NCBI GenBank assembly: GCA_963813155.1
Contig: CAWEYG010000006.1
Span: forward strand, 128,001-192,000
Direction: 5' to 3'
Origin: an uncultured Acidobacteriota bacterium
GTDB taxonomy: Bacteria > Acidobacteriota > Thermoanaerobaculia > UBA5066 > DATFVB01
DNA length: 64,000 bases
A program made the position numbers and the translations under genes. Numbering within the stretch: the first letter of the stretch is position 1; each line of letters opens with the position of its first letter. Positions 10,293-20,116 of the stretch are shown here, piece after piece. The notes beneath the pieces are model-generated. The model was given only the letters and a program-made list of their open reading frames with translations. It was not told the origin of the DNA and did no database searches.

Positions 10293-11342
10293 AGCGCCCC
10301 GATCCGGACGAGCAGGGCCGCCCAGAGGAGGTTCGCGAACGCGAGCGGGAGCAGTACCTTCCAGCCGACCGCCATGAGCTGGTCGTAGCGGAAGCGCGGC
10401 AGCGTCCAGCGCACCCAGATGAAGACCCACATCAGGAACGCGATCTTCGCCGCGAAAACGGCGACGGAGACGAGCGCCCCGGCGATCCCGTGCGGGTGGA
10501 AGAAGGGGATCGACCAGCCGCCGAGGTACATCGTGACGATGAACGCGGAGGCCACGGTCATCGCGACGTACTCGGCCATGAAGAAAGCGGCGAATTTGAA
10601 GGAGGAATACTCCGTGTGGTACCCGGCGACGAGCTCCGCGTCTGCCTCGGCGAGGTCGAACGGCACGCGGTTCGTCTCCGCGAACGCGGCGATCGTGAAG
10701 ATCACGAATCCGAAGAACTGCGGCACGGCGTTCCACCTCGGGAGAAATCCGAGCCAGCGGCCCTGCTGGGACGCGACGACTTCGGAGAGGCGAAACGACC
10801 CCGACGTGAGAAACACGCCGGCCGCGGCCGTCGTCATCGCGAGCTCGTAGGAGATGACCTGCGCCGCGGAGCGAAAACCGCCCATGAGCGAATACTTGTT
10901 GTTCGACGACCAGCCGGCCAGGACGATTCCGTAGACGGACAGGCCCGCCATCGCGAAGATGAAGAGCGCCCCGATCGGGACGTCGGCCCCGATCAGCTTG
11001 ATCTCGTGGCCCCGGACCGCGAACGTCGGACCGTACGGGATCACGGCGAAGCCCGACGAGGGCGGAGAACATCACGATCCACGGCGCGAGCGTGTAGAGC
11101 AGGACGTCGACGTTGTCCGGAGTCACGTCCTCCTTGAAGAAGAATTTCAGCGCGTCGGCGAGGGGTTGCCCGAGCCCGAACGCGCTCCAGCCGAAAAACC
11201 CGACCCGGTTCGGCCCGGGCCGGTCCTGGATCAGGCCCGCGCCGCGCCGCTCGACCCACAGGATGATCGGCACGAGAAGGAGAGTCGCGAGGACCGGCGC
11301 GAGCGGCCGGACGGCCAGGATGATCCAGTCGATGGGCGTCAC
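10289..11342 (-). CDS. nuoH: NADH-quinone oxidoreductase subunit H (indel near 11060)
   Basis: ERR..QDRPGPNRVG, GQPLADALKFFFKED, AETNRVPFDLAE, RWTLPRFRYDQLM. Confidence 0.95.
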
Positions 11343-12973
11343 AGCCCGCCCACCGAGACGAAGAGGCCCTTCTTCATCGTGGAACCGCCCTCCAGCTCCC
11401 GGAAATCGAGGTCCGAGTAGGCGGGGACGTCCGCCGCGATTTCCGCGAAGATCGTCAGGGGATTCCATTCGGGGTTTCCGAAGCCGAGCCGCGTTCCCAG
11501 CAGCAGGAGGATCTCCCAGTCCGCCTTGACGGGGGGCTTCGGGAGCATCGCGCGCTCGAAACGCTGCACGCGGTCGAACCGGCTCGTGAACGTCCCGTCC
11601 TTCTGGGCGAGCGACGCGCACGGCAGGACGACGTCAGCCGCGCGCGTCAGGGCGTTTTCCGTCCGGGCGTGCACGATCAGCCACTTTGCCTTGCGAAGGA
11701 TCGCGACTTTTTCCGGGTCGTCCGCGATGCGCGAGAACGCCGCGTCGGAGACGTAGACGATCTCGGGCTCGAACTTCCCGGCCCACAGATCCGCGAGCGT
11801 CCGGCCCCCGGGCCCCGGGCCGACGCCCATCTCCCGCGCGCCGCGTTCGTTCGGGGAGGTCGTGCCCGAGCTTTCGATCCATCCGCTCTTCGACGGCATG
11901 CGCCGCACGCGGTCGGCGTCGGCCGTCACGTCCAGGTTCGGAACGCTCAGCGTGTCGCGGAAGATCTTCCGCAGCAGCCAGTTCTCCTCGTTCGAGAGGT
12001 TCGCCGACCCGAGCGCGAAGATCGCCTGCGGGCCCGTCTCCGCGATCGTCTTCTTGATTTCCGCGGCAACGCGGTCGAGGACGACGTCCCACGTCGCCGG
12101 ATTCTGCTCCCCGTTCTCCCGGAGGAGAGGCCGCGAATACGCCCGCTCGTTCAGCGACTCGGAAAGGAATCTTCCGTAGTCGCAGAGCCAGTAGTCGTTG
12201 ACCTCGGGGTTGAGCCGCGGCATGTAGCGGAAAACGGTCTCGCCGCGCGATTCGACCGAGTTGTTGCACCCGATGTCGCACCCGGGGCAGACGGAAGGCG
12301 TTTTCTTGAGGTACCAGACTCGCTGGCGGAAGCGGAAGTCCTCGACGGTGAGCGCGCCGACGGGACAGACGTCCGCCGCGCAGGCCGACCAGTCGTTGTC
12401 GAGCTCGCGGCCCTCGTGCGTCCAGACGAGCGTCTGGCCGGCCCGGTCGAGGAACGTCAGCTCCGAGGTCTTCGAGATCTCCTGCGTGAACCGGATGCAG
12501 CGCGTGCAGAGGATGCAGCGGGTCATGTCCGCGATGACGCGGGGGCCGATCTTCGTGCGGGAATAGCCCTCGTACTGCTTCTTGCGCTCGTCGTAGCGGG
12601 AAGCCTGGAACCCGTACCCGAAGGAGTTGTCCTGCAGCTTGCACTCGCCGGCCTGGTCGCAGATCGGGCAGTCGAGCGGATGGTTGATGAGGAGGAACTC
12701 CATGGTCGCCTTCTGGGCCTCTTTCGTCTTCTCCGATGCGGTCTTCACGACCATGCCGTCCTTGATCGGCGTCGTGCAGGCGGCCTGGATCTTCGGCATG
12801 CCGTCGACCTCGACGAGGCACATCCGGCACTGGCCCACGACGGAAAAGCGCGGGTGGTAGCAGAAGTGGGGGATCTCGATCCCGGCCATCTTCGCCGCTT
12901 CGATCATGTTCGTGCCGTCGGGGACCTCGACGGTCGTCGTGGCCTTGTCCTGAAACGTGATTTTCACAGGCAT
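11339..12973 (-). CDS. nuoG: NADH-quinone oxidoreductase subunit G (short form, 544 aa)
   Basis: IPHFCYHP..CRMCLVE, NHPLDCPICDQAGECKLQD, RCILCTRC..CPVGAL, plus an N7-type CPGCDIGC..C motif. Confidence 0.93.
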   Translation of the reverse strand: MPVKITFQDKATTTVEVPDGTNMIEAAKMAGIEIPHFCYHPRFSVVGQCRMCLVEVDGMPKIQAACTTPIKDGMVVKTASEKTKEAQKATMEFLLINHPLDCPICDQAGECKLQDNSFGYGFQASRYDERKKQYEGYSRTKIGPRVIADMTRCILCTRCIRFTQEISKTSELTFLDRAGQTLVWTHEGRELDNDWSACAADVCPVGALTVEDFRFRQRVWYLKKTPSVCPGCDIGCNNSVESRGETVFRYMPRLNPEVNDYWLCDYGRFLSESLNERAYSRPLLRENGEQNPATWDVVLDRVAAEIKKTIAETGPQAIFALGSANLSNEENWLLRKIFRDTLSVPNLDVTADADRVRRMPSKSGWIESSGTTSPNERGAREMGVGPGPGGRTLADLWAGKFEPEIVYVSDAAFSRIADDPEKVAILRKAKWLIVHARTENALTRAADVVLPCASLAQKDGTFTSRFDRVQRFERAMLPKPPVKADWEILLLLGTRLGFGNPEWNPLTIFAEIAADVPAYSDLDFRELEGGSTMKKGLFVSVGGL

Positions 12974-12996
12974 GAGGCAAGCCTCGCTCGACCAGG

Positions 12997-13106
12997 GCGG
13001 GTCCTGTCACAGGGCTCGCTCCGCTTTTCCGCTCGCCGCGAGCCAGAAGACTTTGCTACACCCGCGCCGCGAGCGGCAAAAGGGAGTCTCGCCCCGCGCC
13101 ACCCGC
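12997..13106 (+). repeat. Dispersed ~110-nt hairpin element, family A copy 1 (between nuoF and nuoG)
   Basis: GCGGGTCCTGTC..CTTTTCCGCTCGC..GACTTTGCTAC..GCGAGCGGCAAAAG..ACCCGC; homologous to 27897-28007 and 54005-54115. Confidence 0.9.
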
Positions 13107-13124
13107 CCCGGCGAGCGAACCCCC

Positions 13125-14409
13125 TCATGCCACCGCCCCGGCGCGACAGCCCGCGTTGGCGACGTGCGCTTCGTACTCGCCGCGGAATTTCGGGATCGTC
13201 GACAGGACGTGTCCGACGGCCGCGTCGGCGAAGACGCACAGGGTCATTCCGTTGTTCATCTGCTTCGCCATCGACAGCAGCAGGTCGATGTCTTCGGAGC
13301 GGCCCTCGCCCCCCTCGAGGCGCGTCAGCACCTTGAGGAGCCAGGGGCAGCCCTCGCGGCACGGGGTGCACTGGCCGCAGGACTCGTGGGCGAAGAATTT
13401 CGCGAGGTTCTTCGCCGCGCGGACGATGCAGGTGTCCTCGTTCATCACGACGATCGCGGCCGATCCGAGCATCGAGCCCTTCGCGGCCACTCCGTCGAAG
13501 TCGAGAGGGCAGTCCTCGATCTCGGCGGCCGTCAGCATCGCGGCGGAGGCGCCGCCGGGAATGACCGCCTTGACCTTGCGGCCTCCGGCCATGCCGCGCC
13601 CGAAATCGGAGCCGAAAATCAGGTCTTTCAGCTGCAGGCCCATCGGCGCCTCGTACACGCCCGGGCGGTTGACGTGCCCCGAGAGGCAGTAGAGCTTGGG
13701 CCCGGTGTTCTTTTCGTTGCGCCCGATCTTCGCGAACCATTCCGCGCCGCGATTCAGGATGAACGGAACGCACGCGATCGTCTCGACGTTGTTGACGATC
13801 GTGGGGCACGCGAACGCTCCGGAGACGGCCGGGAACGGCGGCTTGACGCGCGGCTGGCCGCGTTTCCCTTCGAGCGATTCCAGAAGAGCCGTTTCTTCTC
13901 CGCAGATGTACGCTCCGGCGCCCCGGTGAACGTAGATGTCGAGGCCGGCCTCTCCGCCGAGCAACCCGGCCTCCACGGCCTCCCGGATCGCCTCGTCCAG
14001 GATTCTTGCGCCGTCCCAGAACTCGCCGCGGATGTAGATGTACGCCGTGCGGCACCGGATCGCGTACGCCGCGATCGCCATTCCCTCGAGGACCAGGTGC
14101 GGGTCCTGCTCGATCAGGAGCCGGTCCTTGAACGTGCCGGGCTCCGATTCGTCGGCGTTCAGCACGAGATAGACCGGCTTCCCCTTCGTGTCCTTCGGGA
14201 TGAACGACCATTTGACGCCGGTCGGAAAGCCCGCTCCGCCGCGTCCCGCGAAGGCCGGACTTCTTGACTGTTTCGACGATCTCGTTCGGGTCGGGCTTTT
14301 CGCGCAGGATCTTCTTCCAGGCCTCGTATCCTCCGTCGCGGACGTAGGTCTGGATCGACCGGGAGTTCTCGCGGCCGACGCGCGCCAGAAGCACTTTTTC
14401 GTAGGGCAT
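13125..14409 (-). CDS. nuoF: NADH-quinone oxidoreductase subunit F (indel near 14245)
   Basis: SGLRG/RGGAGFPTGVKW, NADESEPGTFKDR, GAGAYICGEETALLESLEG, ESCGQCTPCREG. Confidence 0.95.
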
Positions 14410-14936
14410 CAGGCCTTCGTCGCGAGAGCGTCGCGGCGTTCGAGCAGCTCGTCGAGCTTCTCGGCCGTCATCGGCTCGTGGTACGCGTCGTTGACCTGCA
14501 TCGAGGGCGCGCGATCGCATCCCGCGATGCACTCGACCTCGGTGATCGTGAACTTTCCGTCGGGCGTCGTCTGGCCGACTCCGACTCCGAGCTTCTTCTC
14601 GCAATGCGCGAGCAGTCCGTCCGCGCCGTTCAGGTGGCACGAGATCGACGTGCAGAACTGCAGGTCGTACCTGCCGATCGGGTGCAGGCTGTACATCGTG
14701 TAGAACGTCAGCACGCCGTCGATGTACGCCTCCGAGAGCTCCAGCACGCGCGCCACTTCCGCGACGGCCTCGGCCGGGACCCACCGCATCCGTTCCTGGA
14801 CGATCCAGAGGACGGGAAGGAGCGCGGCGCGCTTGGTGGGGTAGCGCCGGAGCAGCGACTCGATCTCGCGCGACTCCGCTTCGGTGAACGCGAACGCCTG
14901 CCCCGAGGCTCGCGACGCATAGCGCAGCTCTTTCAC
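14409..14936 (-). CDS. nuoE: NADH-quinone oxidoreductase subunit E
   Basis: RYPTKRAALLPVL, TFYTMY, CTSISC..ECIAGC 2Fe-2S motif. Confidence 0.94.
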   Translation of the reverse strand: MKELRYASRASGQAFAFTEAESREIESLLRRYPTKRAALLPVLWIVQERMRWVPAEAVAEVARVLELSEAYIDGVLTFYTMYSLHPIGRYDLQFCTSISCHLNGADGLLAHCEKKLGVGVGQTTPDGKFTITEVECIAGCDRAPSMQVNDAYHEPMTAEKLDELLERRDALATKA

Positions 14937-14967
14937 GAGCGGAGCTCCTTCATTCAGTCAAGCTCCT

Positions 14968-15318
14968 TCACCAGTCCAACGCGCCCTTCTTCCAGATGTA
15001 GGCGTATCCGACGCCGAGCGTCGCGAGGAAGACGAGCATTTCGCCGAACAGCGCCCACCCGGCCGAGCGGAACAGGATCGCCCAGGGGTAGACGAACGCG
15101 ATTTCCACGTCGAACAGGATGAACACCATCGCGACGACCGCGAATTTGACCGAGATCCGTTTGCGCGACTTGTCGAGGAGGGGCATCCCGCATTCGTAAG
15201 TCGAGAGCTTGCGACGGGTTCGCACTTGCCGGCCGAGGAGGGCCGAAATCGTCAGCAGCGCCGTCCCCACGACAGCCGCGAAGCCCATCAGAATCAGGAT
15301 CGGGACGTATTCGAGCAT
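14968..15318 (-). CDS. nuoA: NADH-quinone oxidoreductase subunit A
   Basis: KLSTYECG, FILFDVEIAFVYPWA, YIWKKGALDW. Confidence 0.96.
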   Translation of the reverse strand: MLEYVPILILMGFAAVVGTALLTISALLGRQVRTRRKLSTYECGMPLLDKSRKRISVKFAVVAMVFILFDVEIAFVYPWAILFRSAGWALFGEMLVFLATLGVGYAYIWKKGALDW

Positions 15319-15322
15319 CCGA

Positions 15323-15344
15323 CCTCGTGAAAAATTTCACGAGG
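15323..15344. promoter_or_regulatory. Rex operator palindrome
   Basis: CCTCGTGAA-AAAT-TTCACGAGG; core TCGTGAAnnnnTTCACGA versus Rex consensus TTGTGAAnnnnTTCACAA; lies between the -10 box and the nuoA ATG. Confidence 0.88.
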
Positions 15345-15373
15345 AGTCTATCGGGCGGTCAGAGGGGAGTCAA
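15345..15373 (-). promoter_or_regulatory. Sigma70-type promoter of the nuo-rex operon
   Basis: TTGACT-17 nt-TAGACT on the minus strand. Confidence 0.8.
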
Positions 15374-16314
15374 TGCGCCGAAGTCGGCGCGGAGCGAACC
15401 GGGATCGGAACATTGCAGAGCTCGACGTAGCCCGCCGAAGACGCGAACCAGCTCTCCCTCCGGTTGCGCCGTGACTCCACGAGCGCCGCGAACGCGGGCG
15501 TGTCGGTCCGGAAGACCTCCAGGTCCGCGCGGCTCGCGGCGGGCAGGTCGGCGGCGACCCGGATCGAGCGAATCGGCGCCCTCGATTCCCCCTTCTCGTA
15601 GAAGCCGAGAGCGCCGGACCCGCGCGGGATCGTCGAGAGGAGCTCCATTCCCCGAAGGACGCGGCCGACGAGCGCGACGTTTCGGTCGAGGTGCCTCGGC
15701 GCGTTTCCGATGACGACGTAGATTTCGGCCCCGTTCCCCGACTCCGGGTCGTCTCCCCGCCCGACGCCGACCATTCCATAGCAGTGCGCGGCCCAGGCCG
15801 CTCCGGTCTTCGGGTCCCGGGCGGCGGGAAAGCCCCCCGAGAAGCCCGCCTCGGGCGCGTAGCCGTCGGAATCGGAAAGCCGGGTGAACGCGAGGCCCGC
15901 CGCCGGCCGCGTGAACTCCGCCGGGAGTTTTTCCCGGGCGGGAGCGATCGGCCGCGCCTTCGCGCCCGGTCCTCCCTCGGCCCGGTTGTCCGCATCCGGG
16001 TCTCCCCACTGCACCACGTAGTTGTCCTGCGAGCGGAGGAACGCGAGGCCGTCGAAATACTTCGCGCGGACGAGCTTCTTGATGTTCGCGACGTGCTCCG
16101 GGGCAAAGGCCGGTGCGAGCTCGATCACGACGCGGCCGGAAGAGAGCTCGAGGTAGAGCTCGTTTTCCGGGTCGACCGGCCGCCAGTCCGCCGGCCTGGA
16201 AGCGGCGAGGACATCCGCCATCGTCGGCGGAGGGGCGGCCGCGGCCCGAACGGCGCCCGGGACGGCGAGCAGGGGACAGAGGGCGCCGAGGATCGAACGC
16301 GCGAGCTTCTTCAT
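15370..16314 (-). CDS. Secreted cyclophilin-type peptidyl-prolyl isomerase
   Basis: Signal peptide MKKLARS..; [51 protein letters not shown]. Confidence 0.88.
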   Translation of the reverse strand: MKKLARSILGALCPLLAVPGAVRAAAAPPPTMADVLAASRPADWRPVDPENELYLELSSGRVVIELAPAFAPEHVANIKKLVRAKYFDGLAFLRSQDNYVVQWGDPDADNRAEGGPGAKARPIAPAREKLPAEFTRPAAGLAFTRLSDSDGYAPEAGFSGGFPAARDPKTGAAWAAHCYGMVGVGRGDDPESGNGAEIYVVIGNAPRHLDRNVALVGRVLRGMELLSTIPRGSGALGFYEKGESRAPIRSIRVAADLPAASRADLEVFRTDTPAFAALVESRRNRRESWFASSAGYVELCNVPIPVRSAPTSAH

Positions 16315-17498
16315 GGCTTCGAATCGTATCCGTGTTCGCGCCTCCACAGCTCGCAGAATTCGATTCGGTGGCGCAGCGAGGGATGCGTGTAGAGCCAGAA
16401 CTCGACGAACGGGGGAGGGTCGTACTCCGAGAGGTCCACGGTGTTGAACTTCCGGAGCCCCGATTCCGCCGCGTCCGGGTCGCGGACGACGTCGAGCCCG
16501 AAAGCGTCGGCCTCGTGCTCGATCCTTCGCGAATACCCGTCTCCGACCGGCGTCGAGAGAAAGGAGAAGGCCGAGACGATCAGGATCGCGAGCGGCAGCC
16601 CGGCGGGGTCCGAGATCTCGAGCTTCGTCAGCCGGGGGTAGAGAAAATGGACGAGCCAGCAGGCCGCGAAAATGCCGAGGGAAGCGAGCGCGATCCCCTT
16701 CCCGACGTGGTGGAGCGCGTAGTGGCCCATCTCGTGTCCCATCGTCGCGACGACCTCGCGCGGCGTCTCGGACTTCAGGAGCGTGTCGTAAATGACGATG
16801 CGCCGCGTGCCGAGCAGTCCCGCGACGTACGCGTTCGTATGCGACGACCGGCGGCTTGCGTCGACGACGAAGACGTCGTTCGCCGGGATTCCCTGCGAGC
16901 GCGCGAGGTCGAGCAGGCGCGTCCGGAGGTCTCCCGCGGGAAGCGGGGTGAATTTGTTGAACAGCGGCGCGAGGAAAACCGGCTCGACGGCGACCGTCGC
17001 GACGAGAAAAGCGATCGCGACGCCGGCGGCGATCAGCCAGTAGCGGCGGGGGAACCGGCGCGCGACCGCGTACAGCAGCGTGATCAGCAGGCCGCCGACC
17101 ACGAGGCCGATCCCGAGCCCCTTCGCCCAGTCTCCAAGCCACTGAAAGACGCTCTGGTGGGAAAACCCGTAGCGTTTCTCGCGAAAATAACTGCGATAAA
17201 TGTGGAGGGGGAACGACGCGAGCGAGACGAAGATCGTGAAGATCGTCGCGGTCAGAAAGACGGTCCGGTTCGCGCCGCGGCCGGCCTTTCGGCCCCAGTC
17301 CCGGAACTTCACGCAGAGGCCCGACGCCGCGATCACGCCAAGAAGCGCGAAGCTCCACGCCTCGCCCGCAAAGTAGAGCGCATAGTTTCCGCGGGAGTAG
17401 CGTTTCGCGAGGTCCTGGCCGGAGTCCGGCTCCGGCGGAGTCGACGCCGAAGCCGAGATCGCGAGCAGGAGCAGGAGGGCGCCGAAAGCGAGTTTCAT
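16311..17498 (-). CDS. M48 (Ste24/HtpX-like) zinc metalloprotease
   Basis: [46 protein letters not shown]; ATG 17498. Confidence 0.92.
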   Translation of the reverse strand: MKLAFGALLLLLAISASASTPPEPDSGQDLAKRYSRGNYALYFAGEAWSFALLGVIAASGLCVKFRDWGRKAGRGANRTVFLTATIFTIFVSLASFPLHIYRSYFREKRYGFSHQSVFQWLGDWAKGLGIGLVVGGLLITLLYAVARRFPRRYWLIAAGVAIAFLVATVAVEPVFLAPLFNKFTPLPAGDLRTRLLDLARSQGIPANDVFVVDASRRSSHTNAYVAGLLGTRRIVIYDTLLKSETPREVVATMGHEMGHYALHHVGKGIALASLGIFAACWLVHFLYPRLTKLEISDPAGLPLAILIVSAFSFLSTPVGDGYSRRIEHEADAFGLDVVRDPDAAESGLRKFNTVDLSEYDPPPFVEFWLYTHPSLRHRIEFCELWRREHGYDSKP

Positions 17499-17637
17499 GC
17501 AGGGCATTCTAAGACTCGCTCGCCACGTCGCGGCCTGGCCCCCGGGGTCGCGGAGCTTCGGAGCCTCCCTCGAGGATGCGCTTCGGGAGGTGGCTCGCTC
17601 CTTTGGGAGTCGAATTCGCTCAGCCCGAATCGCGGCA

Positions 17638-17719
17638 AGCCCCAGCACCGGCTCGGCAAGTCTCTTCGACCCTCGGCCGCAGTTCGCTTTCCCTCGGGAT
17701 CTCAGAGACCAGCCTGCGC
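17638..17719 (-). repeat. Dispersed structured element, family B copy 1
   Basis: Minus strand GCGCAGGCTGGTCTCT..CCCGAGGGAAAGCGAACTGCGGCCGAGGGT..AGAGACTTGCCGAGC matches 24141-24224; flanked by a 14-bp inverted repeat at 17615-17628/17742-17755. Confidence 0.88.
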
Positions 17720-17868
17720 CGGCGCGTTGGCCCCACCGCTCTCGGGCTGAGCGAAGCGCATCCGGCGCAAGAGCACGGCGTCGACGCTCGCTCGCCATAT
17801 AACGTGGACAAAACTTCAGTGCCGCATGAACCCAATCTGCGGAGTCACGGGCGCCTGGCCACTCGCTT

Positions 17869-18210
17869 CTAGAGCCCCATCAGAATTCGAAGGACGTCTT
17901 CCACGATTCTCATCCGGTCGGGGCGAATCACCCCGAGTTTCCTGGCGAAACGGTTCTTCGAGATCGACCGGACAGCTTCGCAGAGGGCGGCGCTCTCCTT
18001 CTCGAGCCCGCCCTCGAATCTGGGAATGCGAATCTGTGAAGGAATCGGTCGAAGCCTCGAAGTGATCGGGATGACGATGCAAAGATCGGCGGGGCCGTCA
18101 TTGAAGATGTCCTCAGAGACGACGAGCGCGGGCCGCTGGCCCGCCTGTTCATGCCCGCGAGTTGGATTGAGATCGACGAGCCAGACTTCGCCGCGATGGG
18201 GAGCGATCAC
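17869..18210 (-). CDS. mazF: Type II TA toxin, PemK/MazF family
   Basis: RGEVWLVDLNPTRGHEQAGQRPALVVS..VIPITS; GTG overlaps the antitoxin stop. Confidence 0.93.
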   Translation of the reverse strand: MIAPHRGEVWLVDLNPTRGHEQAGQRPALVVSEDIFNDGPADLCIVIPITSRLRPIPSQIRIPRFEGGLEKESAALCEAVRSISKNRFARKLGVIRPDRMRIVEDVLRILMGL

Positions 18211-18491
18211 GAGCGCTTCCGGCGTGGCTTGAGCGTCTTTCGCCTGGCTCCTGTGAGTCCATCGAGGTTCGTCGAGTTCCATTCGGCGTTTTCAGCGACG
18301 AACGAAGGGGCTTCGGTCCGGTCGCGGCGCGCAGCGGCATAGCCTGTATTGACGTCCTGAAGGAACCGGCGGCGTCGGTGCTCCTCGAGTGCCTCTTCGA
18401 GAACGGCCTGCATGGGTCGCTCTTCCTTTTTCGCGAGGCGCTTGAGCAACGCGTGGGCGGATTCGGTGATTCTCACCGTGGTCTGGCTCAT
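18207..18491 (-). CDS. Antitoxin, ribbon-helix-helix type
   Basis: MSQTTVRITESAHALLKRLA..MQAVLEEALEEHRRRRFL; directly upstream of the toxin; SD AGGAG. Confidence 0.85.
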   Translation of the reverse strand: MSQTTVRITESAHALLKRLAKKEERPMQAVLEEALEEHRRRRFLQDVNTGYAAARRDRTEAPSFVAENAEWNSTNLDGLTGARRKTLKPRRKRS

Positions 18492-18580
18492 CGGCGGTTA
18501 CTCCTGTCTACAGATCAGTATACACCTTCCTTGGGGATGCTCGAGGCGCTCCTCAGGGCGCGAAGTAGAATCGCGTCCGC

Positions 18581-19264
18581 ATGCCCGAACCGCCGTTCCG
18601 CGCCGCGGCCCTCATCCCCGCCTACGAGTGCGAGGCGACGATTTTCGACGTCGTTTCGGCGGCGCGCCGCCATCTCGACACCGTGTGCGTCGTCGACGAC
18701 GGCTCGCGCGACGAAACCGCGGCCGAAGCGGCCCGCGCCGGGGCGTGCGTCCTCGCGCGGGCGGGCAACGGCGGGAAGGGCTCCGCGATCCGGTCCGGCC
18801 TCGGTTCGGTGCTCAAGATCCCGGGCCTCACGCACGTGCTCTTCCTCGACGGCGACGGCCAGCACGATCCCGAGGAAGCGCCGAAGTTCCTCGACGCCGG
18901 CCGCCGCGGCGAGCGCTTCGTGATCGGCTCGCGGATGGCGGAGCGGGAGTCGATCCCCGCCTACCGCTACGAGACGAATCGGATCGGCGACATGATCCTT
19001 TCCCGCATGACGGGCCTGCCGGTCGAAGATGGCCAGTCGGGATATCGGCTCGTCGACGCGACCCTGCTTCGGCGGATCCGGCTGAGATCCTCGGGGTATC
19101 TGATCGAGACGGAGATGCTGTTGAAGGCGGCCCCGCGGGTTTCGCGCTTCGCGACGGTGCCGATCCGCGCGATTTACGGGGGAACTTCGCACTACCGTCC
19201 CTTTCGCGACACGTGGAAGATCTCCTGGGGGGCGGTGTTCATCCAGGTGTTCGAGCTTTCGTGA
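18581..19264 (+). CDS. Glycosyltransferase family 2 (DPM1-like)
   Basis: LIPAYE, VVDDGSRD, GKGSAIRSG, LDGDGQHDP, DGQSGYR, ETEML. Confidence 0.92.
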   Translation: MPEPPFRAAALIPAYECEATIFDVVSAARRHLDTVCVVDDGSRDETAAEAARAGACVLARAGNGGKGSAIRSGLGSVLKIPGLTHVLFLDGDGQHDPEEAPKFLDAGRRGERFVIGSRMAERESIPAYRYETNRIGDMILSRMTGLPVEDGQSGYRLVDATLLRRIRLRSSGYLIETEMLLKAAPRVSRFATVPIRAIYGGTSHYRPFRDTWKISWGAVFIQVFELS

Positions 19265-20116
19265 GCCCGGACATCTCGCGGGCGAGGTTCGAGACTCCTC
19301 CGTCGATCCTCACGATCGACCTGGAAGAGTGGTTCTGCGTGTGTGGCGACGACTACTTCGGCGACGCGCGAAGGTGGGGTCGCTTCGAATCGCGCGTCGT
19401 CGGGGTGACGGAAGCGCTTCTGGAGCGGCTCGCGCGCGGAGGCCACCGCGCGACGTTCTTCGTCCTGGGCTGGGTCGCGGGGAAATACCCGGATCTCGTT
19501 CGGTCGGTCGCCCGCGCGGGGCACGAGGTCGCATTCCACGGGATGGAGCATCGCCGATGCACCGAGATGACGGAGGATCAGTTCCGTGCCGACCTGCGCG
19601 CGGGACGGGCTCTCCTGGAGCCCCTGGCCGGAAAAAAGCTTCTCGGGTTTCGCGCGCCGGAGTGGTCGATCCGCAGCCTGTCGGCGCCCGCTCTTCGAGT
19701 GCTCGCGGAGGAAGGATTCCGCTACGATTCTTCCGTCACGCCGGTGCCGCTGATCGGCCGCCTCGACAACGACCCGTATCCGTCGGCCGTCGTCTTCGAA
19801 GGCGGCGCCCGCCTCCTGGAGTTTCCGCCCCTTTCCGGAAGGGCGTATTTCACGACGGTCCTGATCGGCGGCTCGTGGGCCTTTCGAAGCGTCCCGTTCC
19901 GGCTCGTTCGGAAGAACGCCGACCGTTTTCGGGCCGCCGGCGCGCCCCCGATTTTCACGTTTCACCCGTGGGAGCTCGACGAGAGCCCTCCGGCGCTGAC
20001 GGGCCTGCCGGCGCTTTCCCGGCTCGCGCACTTCGGGACGTGGGTCAACCTCCGGAAGACGATTCGATCGGCTCCTCGGCCTCGGGAAGATGGTCCCGAT
20101 TTCGGAGCTGCTGTGA
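19261..20116 (+). CDS. Polysaccharide deacetylase (CE4; indel near 20058)
   Basis: TIDLEEWF, ATFFVLGWVA, GHEVAFHG..H, GFRAPEWS, FHPWELD; true stop probably TGA 20114-20116 overlapping the next GTG. Confidence 0.88.
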
